Under the pieces are notes generated by a model. That model searched no databases. It was given only the letters and a program-made list of their open reading frames with translations, and was not told the DNA's origin. A stretch of DNA of 64,000 nucleotides from Lama guanicoe. Lineage: Eukaryota. Both the position numbers and the translations under genes were made by a program. The stretch covers positions 969,566 through 1,033,565 of the forward strand of contig MU053365.1 of the NCBI GenBank assembly GCA_013239625.1, given 5' to 3'. Below are positions 12,270-24,587 of this stretch, in pieces (position 1 is the first letter of the stretch; each line of letters begins with the position of its first letter).

Positions 12270-13205
12270 TTTATATTCATATTCATTCATTCATCTATTC
12301 ATTTTCAGCAAATACGTATTGAACACCTACTGTGTGTCAGGCACCATTCCAGATGCTAGAAAGACCATGGGGAATAATTCAGGTAAGGCTCTGTCCTCAC
12401 AGAATTTTTGTTCTGGGCAGAAACCAGTAATAAACATGAAAAAAAAACATTAGAAATATGTACAAAGGACAATTAGTGCTGTGAATAAAACTAAAATCAA
12501 GTGATGGGTATAGAGTGTACCAAGGGGCAGATGCTCCTTTCAATAGAGTGGACGAGGAAGAGGGTTCCACTTGAATTGAGACCTGAAGGATTAGAAGGAA
12601 CTGGTCATGCAAAGATTGGAGGCGGGTTGGTGTAGGGACAAGAGTGTTCCGGGCAGAGGAACTAGTCAGGCAAATGCCTTGGTGCAGGGAAGAGTCCCCT
12701 GTGTTCTTGCAACTGGAAGAATATTGCCCAGGGGGCTGGAACTTAGTGAGCCTGATGGAAAAGTGCAGGAGACGGAGCCAGAGAGACAGGCAGGGACTGA
12801 TTGGTGAAGGCCTTGAAACCAATGGAAAGGAGTGTGGCATGTGGATTGTATTCCAAGCGCAATGGCAAGCCATTGGAGGGTTGTAAACTGATGTGCATTC
12901 TTAGAAGGTAACTTTGGTGAACAGACTGGATGGGGAGGGGAGTGAGTACAGGAGAACGGTCAGGGTGAGAGTCCTGGTGAGGGGTCGTTAGGGACTGGCG
13001 AGAGTGTTGCGATGAAGGTGGAGAGAAGCAGGCAAATGTGGGAGATGCTTTGGACGTGCAACCTGCAGGACTTGCTGATGGACTGGATGTAGGTGGAGGG
13101 AAAAGACGAGAGTCAAGAGGATGCCTGGCTTTGGGACTGATTAACTGGCCAATAGTGCCATTTTCTGAGCTGGGGAGCAGTGAGGGAAGAACAAGTTGGG
13201 AGTGG
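12270..13205 (-). mobile_element. L2 LINE 3' ~0.9 kb
   Basis: Starts with the (TTCA)n tail 'attcattcattcatctattcattttcagcaaatacgtattgaacacctactgtgtgtcaggcacc' and continues through 'gcaagccattggagggtt' and 'ggacttgctgatggactggatgt'. Confidence 0.85.
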
Positions 13206-14774
13206 GACGGGGTATCTAGGGATGCTATGAGAAAGTGTTCCACCCTTGTTTTATAGGTTAGAAAACTGAGTCTTCGGGTCATGCAGCCAGAACTCAAGCC
13301 AGGCCTTGGCCTGTCTGGCTCCTCAGGCTGTGGAACGTCCAGGATCAAGAAGCAAGCCTCTCTGCAGAGGCCCACCCACCCTCTCCGCACTCTCGTGGCT
13401 TTTAGAGGGGCCAAGTGCCTGGCAGAGAGCTTGGAAATCCCCTGCATTTCTCCTTTCCCTGTTCCCAACATCAGGAGGACTGGGACCCAGGCTGAAAGCT
13501 ATGGCACAGTGCTCGGATTCAGGTGCTAAGAAGGGGTCAAGAACTGCATGTTCTCATGTAGACTTCTGCCCCCAGGCTCTTCTGCTGAGGAGAAAATCTC
13601 CACTAACATCTCTTGCTGCCATGCTGTCCCCTCCCTCTTCTCACTGTTTCTCTGGTTATCACCCTTGGAATAAGATAAGCCAATCCAAGGCCTGGCTTCA
13701 GGATGAAATAAAGGTTACTAGGTAACCAGCTCCACTGCCTCACAGGACATTGAAAAAGACAAACTTTTATACAGTGGTTATCGATCCAGAGACAGGGAGG
13801 AGATGCTTCCTCGCCCCCAGGGGAGAACCGTGCTCAAATACAGTGGAGGATGGAAGCCGGCTTGGCCTTGGCTCACTTTACATTGATTTTGGTTATAATG
13901 GTCCAAGATGTGGACCAGATGCTTCTGTGGCCCTGGAACATCATGATAGGGGTCATACTGACTGCTGCTGGGAGTAAGGGTCCCACAGACGAGGTCTGGG
14001 GATTCTGTCATAGAGAGAGTCCCAGCAGAATGGCAGTTTTGTGCTGGGAATTGGAGTTTGAAACCTGCCTTGCATTACAAACAGTGACAGCAGGCACACT
14101 TTTTTTCAGGGGAAGAAAACTGTGTTACCCTGTCACTGGGTTACCTTTGAAAGCAAAGGACAAAGGAGTTTTCTTGAATTGTTCTTGGAGGCTAGCAGAC
14201 AGCCCCCAAAGCCAGCCCGACACAGAAGAACGAGAAGGTGTTTTGTGCTGGGCTGTTCTCCGCCGCAGCTGAGGCTCTCTGGGCCTCTCTGCGGGGCGGC
14301 CCCAAGGAAGTCAGGCCGGGATGTTAGGAAACCATGTGCAGATAGAACCTGAGGTCAGCACTGGGGAGAAACTAAACACAAAGAGGAAAAGGTTGCTGCC
14401 CGCTCCAGATGGACTGCCATCTGGAAGCACACCTGCTCCGGGAGAGCTCAGGAAAACGGGGTCCAAAGATGACGCGTTGCCTGGGAGCTGACAGTCACGG
14501 ACCGTGATCGCCATTCCCTGAAGTTGCCCCACTCTGGTGCTGAGGTCCCCAGCTTTGGGGCTGTAGCTGACCCCTTATGGCATCAAATAAATGTATCAGA
14601 TGCCCCTTTTCTAAAATTTCTTTCTTAAGTGTCCCTTCCCCTCATGTCCCTCAGCATCCATCGTCACAACTACTATTTCCACCTCTGCGGTGTTTTGCTA
14701 GCGAGGCCCACGGCATCTCTCAGCACAACTCCCAGCAGAAGTCACCTAACTGTTCTCCCTGCACCCACTACTGT

Positions 14775-15105
14775 CCTCTGTCACAAAGCACCACAGACTG
14801 GGTGGCTGGTACATAACAGGAATGTATGGCTCACAGAGAGTTCAAGATCAGGGTGCCAGCATGACCAAGTGCCACAAAGGACCCTTTTCCGGGTCGCCGA
14901 CTGCCAGCCTCACATCGTCTTCACGTGCTGGAAGAATACAATGGAGCTCGCTGGCTTCTTCTTCTGAGTACTAATCCCACTCATGAGGGCTCCGCGTTTA
15001 TAACCCAGTCATCTCCCAAAGGCCCCGCCTCCAAACATCATCCTACTGGGGATCAGGATTTCAACATATGAACTTGGAGGAGACACAAACCTGCAGCCCA
15101 TCGCA
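14775..15105 (-). mobile_element. MLT1A-type MaLR solo LTR
   Basis: 'ctaatcccactcatgagggctcc...ctcccaaaggccccgcctccaaacatcatc...ggatttcaacatatgaacttggaggagacacaaac' is the reverse complement of the MLT1A 5' half. Confidence 0.85.
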
Positions 15106-15900
15106 TCCCTCCTCCAACCTACCTCCCAGAGTAACCTGAAACTGACCTCTACCTAAGCCAAATGGTGCCCAGGACATCAGGTCCCTAGACCCAAGTTTTC
15201 AGGGGACGCTGGGCCAGAGGTCTCCCTTATATCCTTTCCCCAGCAGCACCCTCACAGGGCTGCCCACAAACAATCAAGCAAAGATCCCACTGCCTTCCGG
15301 GCAGTACCCACGCCCACTCAGTGCCTCTCACCGCACCACAGCCCATCCTCAGCCTTCACTAGCTCCCTTCTCCTCCAGTCCTTATCCCGCTCTCCCTCCA
15401 GAACATCCACTTCTCTGCCACTGCCGCTTGCAGACACCCTCTTCCAGACACCTTCAGTCACCCTCGCTCCCACCTGCCCGCCATTCCCAGTGCCCCCCTC
15501 AAGCTCCCATGATGAGTCACCCGCCACAAACTCTCCCCACTCAGCACGAATGTAAGTTCCACACACAAAGTTCTTCAGCAAGTCTCAGCACAATCATCCT
15601 AAACTGGTGCCGGCAGCAGTCTCTCTCTGTCGTATTGCACGATGGAGGAATGCAGGGAGCCGCCTCGCTAAGAAATCTCAGAAGCGACGCATTACACGGG
15701 GTATTCTGGAGGGGACTTGGTGTGCCAACGGCATGTCTGCTGAAGTCTGACCTTGAATTTTTCAAACCATGACTTTGGAGAACTTTCATGTACCTTTTGA
15801 CACAAATGAGACTCCTGAGTTTTCAATAAAGAGGAAGAAAGGGGCAAAAAGAAAAAAATGAGAGATTGGGCCCACAATCCTCCTTAGAATGAAATTCTTG

Positions 15901-16022
15901 TTTGTTTTGGTTTGGGGGGTGGTAATTAGCTTCTTTGTATTTTTAATGGAGGTACTGGGGATTGAACCCAGGACCTCATGCATGCTAGGCATGCGCTCTA
16001 CCACTGAGATGCACCCTTTCTC
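15901..16022 (-). mobile_element. tRNA(Ala)-derived SINE, camelid vic-1 type, with 15-bp TSD
   Basis: Minus strand reads GGGTGCATCTCAGTGGTAGAGCGCATGCCTAGCATGCATGAGGTCCTGGGTTCAATCCCCAGTACCTCC with A/B boxes and an A-rich tail; flanked by AGAATGAAATTCTTG at 15886-15900 and 16023-16037. Confidence 0.9.
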
Positions 16023-16709
16023 AGAATGAAATTCTTGATACTTAATTCAGTTCTCCTTCTCAGGATATAGTGAAGATACCCAAACACCTCTCCTGGAATC
16101 CCATAGCCCCACAGCCAGATTTCCTGGATGCTGCCAAAGAAAAAAGAATATTGATTTAATTTTCAGAGAAAAATAAAGACAGGGTGGGGACAGGGGGATA
16201 GAGAGAGAGAGAGAGACAGATAGATATTGGTTTTTCCAGGTCCCCCTTTAACCTTTTACCGGACTAATTTTCTAAAGGTCAAGCTGTGGAACCACGGCCA
16301 GAGGAATTGCATATTACCTTGACTTCTAGAATCCATTTAGCCAAACAAAACATTTTCAATCTTGTTATTCGTCCTCTTAAACACATGTTAAAATATTAGC
16401 CACATCTCCTTTCAGGAAGTTGAATCCAAAAGTGACTAGTAAAACATCAATAGTTCCCATTAAAAGCATGCATGTTTTCTGCTTACACACTTTTTTATCA
16501 CATGGCCAAGAGACCAGGTAACAGTAGAAGCTTGTACAAATGCTGGCATCAGAAGACAGATGATCACAAGCCAAGACTTGTGAAATTTACATTGAAAATG
16601 TCTCTTGCCTCAGGACCTTCCTTTCTCCTTCCTGGACCAGTACCTCTAGTCTGGTGCTTATTAACTGCACAGCAGTAGAACAATGACTTCCTACCTAGGC
16701 AAGGACCAC

Positions 16710-17720
16710 CCACTTCTGGCCCTACTGCATACAGCTGGCATAGTCATCTTCCAAAAGCACAGCTCTCAAGATGCTATGCTTCTGCACATAAATTCCCTAT
16801 GATTCCCCATTTCCCACTGACTTTTGTACAAGCTCCTCCCTGTGACTTTTAAACCCTCTACAATTAGGCTGCAACTGGCTTTCCCACCCTTATCTTCACT
16901 ACCAACTTACACTGGCCTCGTATGTCAGCCAGATACATTCCTAGCTGCTCCCCAAGTATGTCCAAAGTGTTTTTCTTGCCATGACCTTACTCGTTATTCC
17001 CTCTCTTCAGGGTATCATACCTATCAATCTCTGCCTGATAAAATCTGGTCCATCCTTCAAGATCTTTCTCAAATATCATCACCTCCCTGAAGCACTTTCC
17101 CTAATTCCAACAGAGAACTTGCTCTGCACTTCTATAATGGCACTTACTCCTTCCGGAGGCATTTCTTTAACTCCTTCCCTGCCCAACCCAGTGGTGCACT
17201 TGTGGATATTTAAAAACATACTCTGAAAAAAGTCCTGATTTATAGTGTTTCCCGATTTCCATGGTGTAAAAACTCCCACCATGGTCAATTTCAAGCTATC
17301 AATTTGATGTCACTCACTGAACACAGACTTGCAAAGAGAAAGATGTTCAGTAGTAAACAATTACACAGTATTTCCACCATACAGATACAATAGCTGGAAA
17401 TAATCTCAAGAGCACAGATAATAATAAAATAGAGTAAAACAATTAGAAATGAATGAATTACTTTTGCTTTCAATAAAATTCATTTATTGTAGATTTACAT
17501 AATTTAATTTTCAATAATGGTTGTGTGTAACAACCAGCTCTCGAAATTCCTAAAAATTTAATGATCAGCTTTTACAAGTTGGTGCAAACCAGTTCCAGCA
17601 CACCACTGTTACTACTCTCCATGTAAGCTCTGCTAAGGAAGATGCCGTGTCTTTAGTCAGCTCTGTGCACCCAGCTCAGTACCCTGTACAAGGCACGTTC
17701 TGAATAAAACGTTAGAATAC
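16710..17720 (+). mobile_element. L2 3' region interrupted by MER63B
   Basis: L2-like 'ccatccttcaagatctttctcaaatatcatcacctccctgaagcactttccct' resumes after 17608 as 'tgtaagctctgctaaggaagatgccgtgtct...ctgaataaa'. Confidence 0.6.
17189..17608 (-). mobile_element. MER63B-like non-autonomous hAT (Blackjack) DNA transposon, near full length
   Basis: Terminal inverted repeats CAGTGGTG (17189) and CACCACTG (ends 17608); internal 'ctcccaccatggtcaatttcaagcta' and 'tttccaccatacagatacaatag'. Confidence 0.85.
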
Positions 17721-19064
17721 TGAAAGCCATATACATGGAACCTAACCCCAATACGGACACCTGAATCCATATCCTTGTGTGAAGATCAGAAAGGAGCTGT
17801 CCATGAAGACCGAGAATGCTTAGGTCATGTTATTGACAGAATGGAGGGAAGGGCTAGCATTGCTAGGCAGAGACTCACAGTAAATTCAGTGCAAGAACAG
17901 AGTGCAATTGGTCTTGGAGGCCTGGTTTTATTGCCGCAGGGGTTCTTTGGGTTATTTTTGTTTCATTTGTTGGAATGTCCCCAGGTCTAAATCAAGGAAC
18001 AGGAAAAGCAATGGATGAGGTAAGACTGTTCAAGGAAACTTCCATGTGCTGTTTCAAAGGTACCAATTATAGAAGGAAGGGTGGGTCGAAGGGAAAGAAG
18101 ATAGTGTTATATACTCCATCGTTCACACGGGATTGGAAACCATTTAGACTCCAACATTTCCACCTGTTTTTACATCAGTAAAATGAGGCTGCAAAATGAA
18201 GAAACATTACTTTTCTTGGAAGGGTTACAAAGGTGACCTGGAAGAACCAACTGATGGAATTAAAGTTACTTTCAAACAGAACAGCCATTTCCTACCCATG
18301 TGTATCTTCCTCCTCCTGTAAGAAGGACAGGCTAAGCGTCCACATTGAGATTCCAGGTGTCTGAATCCTTGCCCAAGTTGGGCTGGGATTCAAATATCAC
18401 ACAGTTCAGCTCTGTTGTTTTTTGTATTCTAATGGGACAAACTCACTATTTTCTCCTATAGGATAGTAAGAGGATTATTGGGAAAATCTAAATGCATCAG
18501 CCTCCTTATATAAAACACATTAGGGGTGATTAAAAGCCACTAGGAATGTCTAAGTCTAGAGACAGTGCAGGCTAGGTTAGGGGTGGGGCTTAGGGCTCTG
18601 CTTTATAAAACCTCTCCCAGATAATTCAGATGCCCAGAAAGGTCTTTATACCCTAAAGCTGTAGGACGTTAAGTGGATATCTAGTCTCACTGCTATGGGG
18701 AGTGAACAAGAACACCAACTAGGAACCAAGGAAGGACTGGCAGGCCCCAGGTGATGCCGGACACTATGATGTCACTACGGCCAGTATCCCCAGAGGGATG
18801 CGATTTTTCTCTTGCCATCCTCAGTGGCCCAAGAGAGTGTAGGATCAAACAGTCTGGATGATTGGACTCATCCTGAATTTTACAGAGTAGACACCACAAA
18901 AGAATAAAAGGAAAGAGATGTGCCAAAAGGCAAAAAGGATTACTGTAGAGCGAGACCATTTCTGGCAGTGAAGCCAGGAGAGGGGCTGACTAGACCAGAG
19001 GTCAAGTGGAGATCAAAAGAGCAGGAATAGGCTCACATATCCTTACAAGTTTTCCAATAATTGA

Positions 19065-19335
19065 GTAAGTAATAATTTCCAATTAAAATTAATTAAAATA
19101 AAAGACTTGGTTCCTCAGATACACTAGCCAACCACATTTCAAATCAGATCAAGTATTTCCAATGAAAATTTAGCATCAAATTGAGACATGCCATAAGTAT
19201 AAAATATACTCTGAACTTTGAGGATTTTGCATAAAGAAAGAAAAATCTCTCATGAATACTTTTGGAAATTGATTACAGGTAGAAATGATAACACTTTGGA
19301 TATACTTGGTTAAATGTTACTAAAGTTTGGTTTTT
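19065..19335. mobile_element. hAT-Charlie remnant (MER33/Charlie1-like)
   Basis: 'ttccaatgaaaatttagcatcaaattgagacatgccataagtataaaatatac' and 'gattacaggtagaaatgataacactttggatatacttggttaaat'. Confidence 0.6.
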
Positions 19336-19790
19336 CTTTTTTTAAGCAGGAACAGAGAGACAAAGATGTGAGGTTATTTTAATAATAGCTAATACTTAAA
19401 TACAACCTGCTTCCTCACATCCTTGCCCCTCTATTCTTGCTTAAAAAAATTACCACGATTATTTAGCCCAAGTCAAAGAAAAGCATTGTGAGGCCAGAGA
19501 AAGTGATGCTGGAGTTTCCAATGTCAAGAGACACTGATGATGAATCTGAGAAGTCTCTAGAGTGGAGATGCTCATTAGGACGTAATGGGCCAGATAGCTG
19601 TGAGACCAGCTTGGTAGGTAGGCTGTTGGCATGAAGACTGAAACCACCCAGGACACGGCAGGCCTTACGATGGAGAGGAAGCCCTGGAGTAGCTGCAAGG
19701 GCATGATCAAGACACTACAGGTGACTTCAGGGAGTAGGTGGTCCAGTGCCAAGGTGACCACTTTCTCCACAAAGGATGGGTCAGAAGTGG

Positions 19791-20248
19791 TGTGAGAGGC
19801 TGATAATGGCTCCCAAACATCTATGTGCAGACCATCCTAGAATTTATGAATGTTGCTTTATTTGTAAAAAGAGATTTGACAAGTATGATTAAGTTAAGGA
19901 TTTTGAGATGAAGAGATTATCTCAGAATATCTGGGCAGGTCCTAAATGCCATCACAAGTGTCCTGATAAGAGAGAGACAGGAGACACCCAGAGACACAGA
20001 AGAGGAGGAGCCAATGGGTTCACAGAGGCAGAGATTGGAGTGATACGGCCATAAGCCAAGGACTGCTGGAAGCCAACAGAAGCTGCAAGAGGCAAGGAAT
20101 GGATTCTGCCCAGAGCTTCCAGAGGGGGTGCAGACCTGCTGACACCTTGATCTGGTGGCTTCCAAAACTGTGAGAGAATACATTTCTCTTGTTCTGAGCT
20201 CCTAACTTGGTGTCAGTTTGTTAGAGCAGCCACAAGAAACAAGTGTCA
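19791..20248 (+). mobile_element. MLT1C/D-type MaLR solo LTR
   Basis: TG...CA ends; 'gattaagttaaggattttgagatg', 'gaggcagagattggagtgat', 'gcttccaaaactgtgagagaatacatttc'. Confidence 0.85.
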
Positions 20249-20624
20249 TTGGGGAGCTGGGGAAAGGGCTCCCAGCCCTGTGGAAAACGGACAGCTTGTA
20301 ATGGAGCCGGGTTTCAGGTGAGGCAGGAGGGGGAGGAGAACATCCATGAAGAGGTTATTTCCATAAGGAAAACAGTTAAGCTCAGGACAAAGCATCTAAA
20401 GGGCCCAGCAAAAAACAAAAAACAAAAAAAAACCCCAAAAAAACCCAACAAACCACTGGCACAAAGTTCAGGATGCCATGGGAGAAGGGGGAGGAGGGAA
20501 CACAGCAGGGATGTGGTGAGCAGAGGGCAGAGGGCAGAGGGCTGGAGAAGCCCTGGCCGGAACGGCAAGGCCGTGGCAGGGAGGAGCAGCTAACCTCGGC
20601 TTCTCATACACACTCTGGCTACTC

Positions 20625-20943
20625 ATCAGCCTACTGGGGAGAATCTCTCCTAGGCCACTCTCCCAACTTCTAGGGGTTGCCAGCAACCCCTGGCTCTCCT
20701 TGGTTTATAGATGTATAACTCCAATCTCTGCCTCCATCTCCACATGGCCTTCTTCTGTGTCCCCTCCACTTCTTATAAGAACACCAGTCATTGGATGTCG
20801 GACCCACACAAAATCCAGGGTGGTTTCATCCCAAGATCCTTAACTAAGTAGTATATTGGCAAAAACACCATTTCTAAATAAGGTTACATTCTGAGCTTCT
20901 GGGTGGACGTGAGTTTTTGAGGGACGCTCTTCAATGTACTATA
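20625..20943 (-). mobile_element. MLT1C-type LTR, partial
   Basis: 'ctccaatctctgcctccatctccacatggccttctt...cttataagaacaccagtcattggat...tttctaaataaggttacattctgag'. Confidence 0.8.
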
Positions 20944-21190
20944 AATAGCACTTATCTAGCACTTCCTTTGTGCCAATTATGTTTCTAATCATTTTCCTTG
21001 CATTAAATAATTTTGTTCTGACCACTTTCCCAAGAGGCAGATACTATTATGACAATATCCATCTTACAGACGAGGAAACTGAGGTACGGTGAGATTAAGT
21101 AACTTGCCTGTAGTCACACACAGGGGAAATGCTGGCACTGAATTCAAACCCAGCCAGTCTTGCTCAAAAGGTCATATTCTGAACCCCTTC
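20944..21190 (-). mobile_element. MIR, near full length
   Basis: 'ccatcttacagacgaggaaactgaggtacggtgagattaagtaacttgcctgtagtcacac...attcaaacccagccagtc'. Confidence 0.85.
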
Positions 21191-21404
21191 AACCATCTGC
21201 TATGAATAACTATTCAAAGCAAACTTGATTTCTATTTTCCACACATTATACTTCTTAGCAGCAAACCTGACTCAGGCATTACTGCTTATACTCACACTTC
21301 GGACCAGGCAGAACCTAATCCTTAGACCATTAGTTTGTTTGTTGGAGTACAAACATAAACACAAATCGTGAACTTGCTAATTGTTCTTCCGTGTTGCAGA
21401 TGCC

Positions 21405-22065
21405 AACCGTGTGATCATGGGCAAGTCACTCACTCTCTGCAGCTCAGTCAGCCAATTCATGTTTATTGAGCACTTCCTATGCGCCACGCAATGGATTAGA
21501 TACCGAGGGCATGGTGAAACGCAAGGCAGGCAAAAGCCTCTGCCCTGCTAGAGTTTAAATGCTGAGAGAAATAAAGTAACCAGGAATCACCCAGGTATTC
21601 GAACTATGCAAAGAAGTGAGAGTGAATGTGCAGTACAGGCTTTTCTGGAAACAGATAGAAGGAAGGCCTAGCCCCATCCGAGAAGGTAGGGCAGAGGCCT
21701 TCAGAGAGAGTTATTCAAATGGAGACTTGAAGGATCTCTGCAAGATGGGAAAAGCCTTCCATGCAGCGGAGACCACAGGTCTGAAGCTGAGGATTGGAAA
21801 AGGACAGATTATGGTCAAGAATGGAGAATTCCGGAGCAGCTGAAGGGGGAGCAGGGCTGGCATAAGGGTGATGGGAGTGGGGCTGCTCAGGATCACAGAG
21901 CCAGCACCCTCCGCTCTGAAGGGCACTCTGAGTCTCAGATGCCTCAGCTATAAAAGCAGAGCTAATCACAGCGATCGCCAACCGTGGTTGGGAAGATAAG
22001 CCAGCTGGCAGAGATGAAAACACCCAGCACAGTGCCAGGCACAGAGCAGGTACTCAGTAAGGGTT
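21405..22065 (+). mobile_element. MIR split by an L2 insertion
   Basis: MIR core 'gtgtgatcatgggcaagtcactcactctctg' (~21410-21445) and MIR tail 'cagcacagtgccaggcacagagcaggtactcagtaa' (~22025-22060) flank an antisense L2. Confidence 0.55.
21450..21935 (-). mobile_element. L2 fragment
   Basis: 'tttattgagcacttcctatgcgccacgca...' then 'ggcagaggccttcagagagag...gagacttgaagga'. Confidence 0.65.
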
Positions 22066-22989
22066 CCTGACCGTCAACCCGCTGAGACTCTCTTGAGCCT
22101 TCACCTAACAGAAGACGATAACCTTAAAGCCTCAACTCTCTTCTTCCTGAAGGCTGGGCGCAGCTCACACTCACAGCCCAGCGCACACAAACCGCCGAGC
22201 AGATGATGTGAATTGTTTTTCTGTGTTGTCTGACAAAGTTGTCTTACTGAAACAAAGAAACACGCACACACCTGAGTTTCAACAGTACTTGGCCTTGCCT
22301 CATTCACAAGCGTCGTTTCCTAAAGACCTCACTACACATGACATCAGTCATATTAAAATCGCTGATCCCTGTAAACAATGATTGTGTCATCCTTATGATT
22401 ACTGTATTAAGGGTAGACAATCTCAAGATAGAAAAAGTGAGCCTACTCTACAATAGGTTTTTTTTAGAGGGAAGCATAGGAAATTTCAATTATCTCATAG
22501 TCACTTTTTAGCATAACACATACTGTATATTTTTGCATTTCAATAAACCCATTTTCCCCCTACACATAACACTTGGTAATTCAGAGAAATGTATCTTAGA
22601 GGCTCCCAACTGCTACTTCCTCAAGTTGGCTCACGGTTTCCTCTTTTTTCTTTCTTTTGTTTCTTTATTTTCAGTTAAGTGGAAAGTACTAGCTCTCTGG
22701 GAGCGAGAATAAGCCTGACTATCTTTGAGAAAAAGGAATTCCTTTTGTTTGCCTCCCCTTCTCTCAAAATCATATCATGCGATGGAAGTGTCAGCTGAAT
22801 TTATCTGTAAAAAAGTGACCACAGGAGGAAACTGAGAGAATATTTCAGTGAAAATTGTCCTATGTAGTTCTCATTTCTACACATCCTATTTTTCCCTAGA
22901 GCAAGGAGAAAGGTTTGTTACAAAGACAAGCTCTGCTGCCAGACAGATCTGGGTTCAAATCCTAACTTTACAACCTACGTGCTCCATGA

Positions 22990-23408
22990 CAAGGTGATGC
23001 TGTGTGACTTCCAAGGCTAAGTCATAAAAGGCCATGTGGCTTCTGCCGTTGGAGTCTTTACATTTGGATCTTTGAGTTGCCACGTAAGAAGTCTGACTCC
23101 CTCGAGTCTGCCATGCCGTGAGGAAACTCAGGCCACACGGGAAGGCACAGTGAAAGCAGTCTGGTTGCTGTCCTGATCTGAGCCATCCCTGCCCAGCCAC
23201 CAGATATGAAAGTAACGACACTGTAGATTCTCCAGACCAGTCCATACACCAGCTGAATGTCACTGAGGGACATCAGTTGATGCCTCGAGGAGCAAAAGAA
23301 TCACCTTCATTCTTGGCCCACAAAAATCTGTGAGCTTAGTAAAATGATTGTTATTTTAAGCCACTCAGTTTGGGAGTGATTTGTTATTCACTAATAGTAA
23401 GAGAAACA
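22990..23408 (+). mobile_element. MLT1G/H-type MaLR LTR
   Basis: 'gtgatgctgtgtgacttccaaggctaagtcataaaaggccatgtggcttctgcc' and 3' end 'ttttaagccactcagtttgggagtgatttgttattcactaatag'. Confidence 0.8.
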
Positions 23409-23499
23409 AGAAGCAATGCACAGAGGCATCATCTGACTGGGCCAACAAGTCTTTCGAAAGACCCTTGGCTACAGTTCAACAGGATAGTAACAGGAGCCA

Positions 23500-23745
23500 T
23501 AGCAACAATGTGCCCGTGTACAGGACTTCATCTGTGCTGGGTAGTGTTCTAGTGATTTGTGTCTACTAACTCATTGAATCCACACAACAGGCCTGTCAGG
23601 TTGGCAGTATAATTATTCCCACTTCACAAATGAGGAAATTGAGGCACAGAGAGGTTAAGTGACTTGCCCAACTTCCCACAGCAAGTAAGTGATGGAGTGG
23701 GATTTGGATGCCAGTGGTCATCCCACCATACAATCTCACTCATGT
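23500..23745 (-). mobile_element. MIR
   Basis: 'cccacttcacaaatgaggaaattgaggcacagagaggttaagtgacttgcccaa'. Confidence 0.85.
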
Positions 23746-24277
23746 CAAGTACGTAAGAGAACCCTACAGAGGTGCTGGACTTCCAGAAAACACCAGTTTG
23801 CTGGGAGGAAAGCCTTTACGATGGCAACAGAGCTGGCCTCCTGGTCCTGCTCACCAAGTCCATCTGAAGTGGTCCTGCCAATGGCTCACTCATGGGCCCT
23901 TCTGCCCCTGGGTCAGTCTTTAAGCTTAGAGGGGGGCTTACTTGAGTTCCTGCAACCCATAAAGACCATTTCCTTTGGAAGGCTCCGACCTGGTCCTGGC
24001 CCTCAGGGGCAACTCAACATTGATAACGTTGCTTCAAACTAGGCTTTATTGGTACTGTCCTAGATGCTGCAGCTGAGGCTAATAACAAGAATATCTAGGG
24101 GGCCAGATATAAATTATATTATAAATATTGACTTATTAATCTGTAACTCAGAGGATAATGGTTTTGATTCTCTACTGTCTGTATTTCTAGGACAACATCT
24201 GTTCAGTCATTGGAACCAGAATAATTGCATTGAGGTACTTATTATTCAAAATAAAACCCTACATTTTAAAATTAAAA

Positions 24278-24535
24278 AATAATAATATCTCAGGGCTCCT
24301 GAGCACTGTGTGCCCAACAAGTCTTATGCTCAGCACTTCACATGGAATATTTCCTTTAATCTTCACAAAAACAGTGGCCCATGATATACCAATATTGTTT
24401 TCACTGCAGTTCTACAGAAAAAAGGAAACCAAGGCTCACGGAGATTAACTGACTTGCCCAACCTCACACAGTGATTAAGTGGGACAGCCAGGATTTGAAC
24501 TCACATCAATGCAACTCTGAAGCCAGCATGCTCAG
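24278..24535 (-). mobile_element. MIR
   Basis: 'ggaaaccaaggctcacggagattaactgacttgcccaacctcacacag...ggatttgaactca'. Confidence 0.8.
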
Positions 24536-24587
24536 CTAGATCAGTGAGCCTCAATGCACTGCCTTTCTGATGAAAAAGACATACAAA

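Noticed and set aside
12743..13471. Longest ORF in the track (242 aa, minus strand)
   Set aside because: Mostly overlaps L2 (and a short MIR piece); Pro/Ser-rich translation of C-rich repeat sequence with no recognisable protein
15945..16017. tRNA-Ala-like sequence
   Set aside because: Has a SINE tail, TSD and degenerate stems; it is a SINE head, not a tRNA gene (same for 32683-32756)
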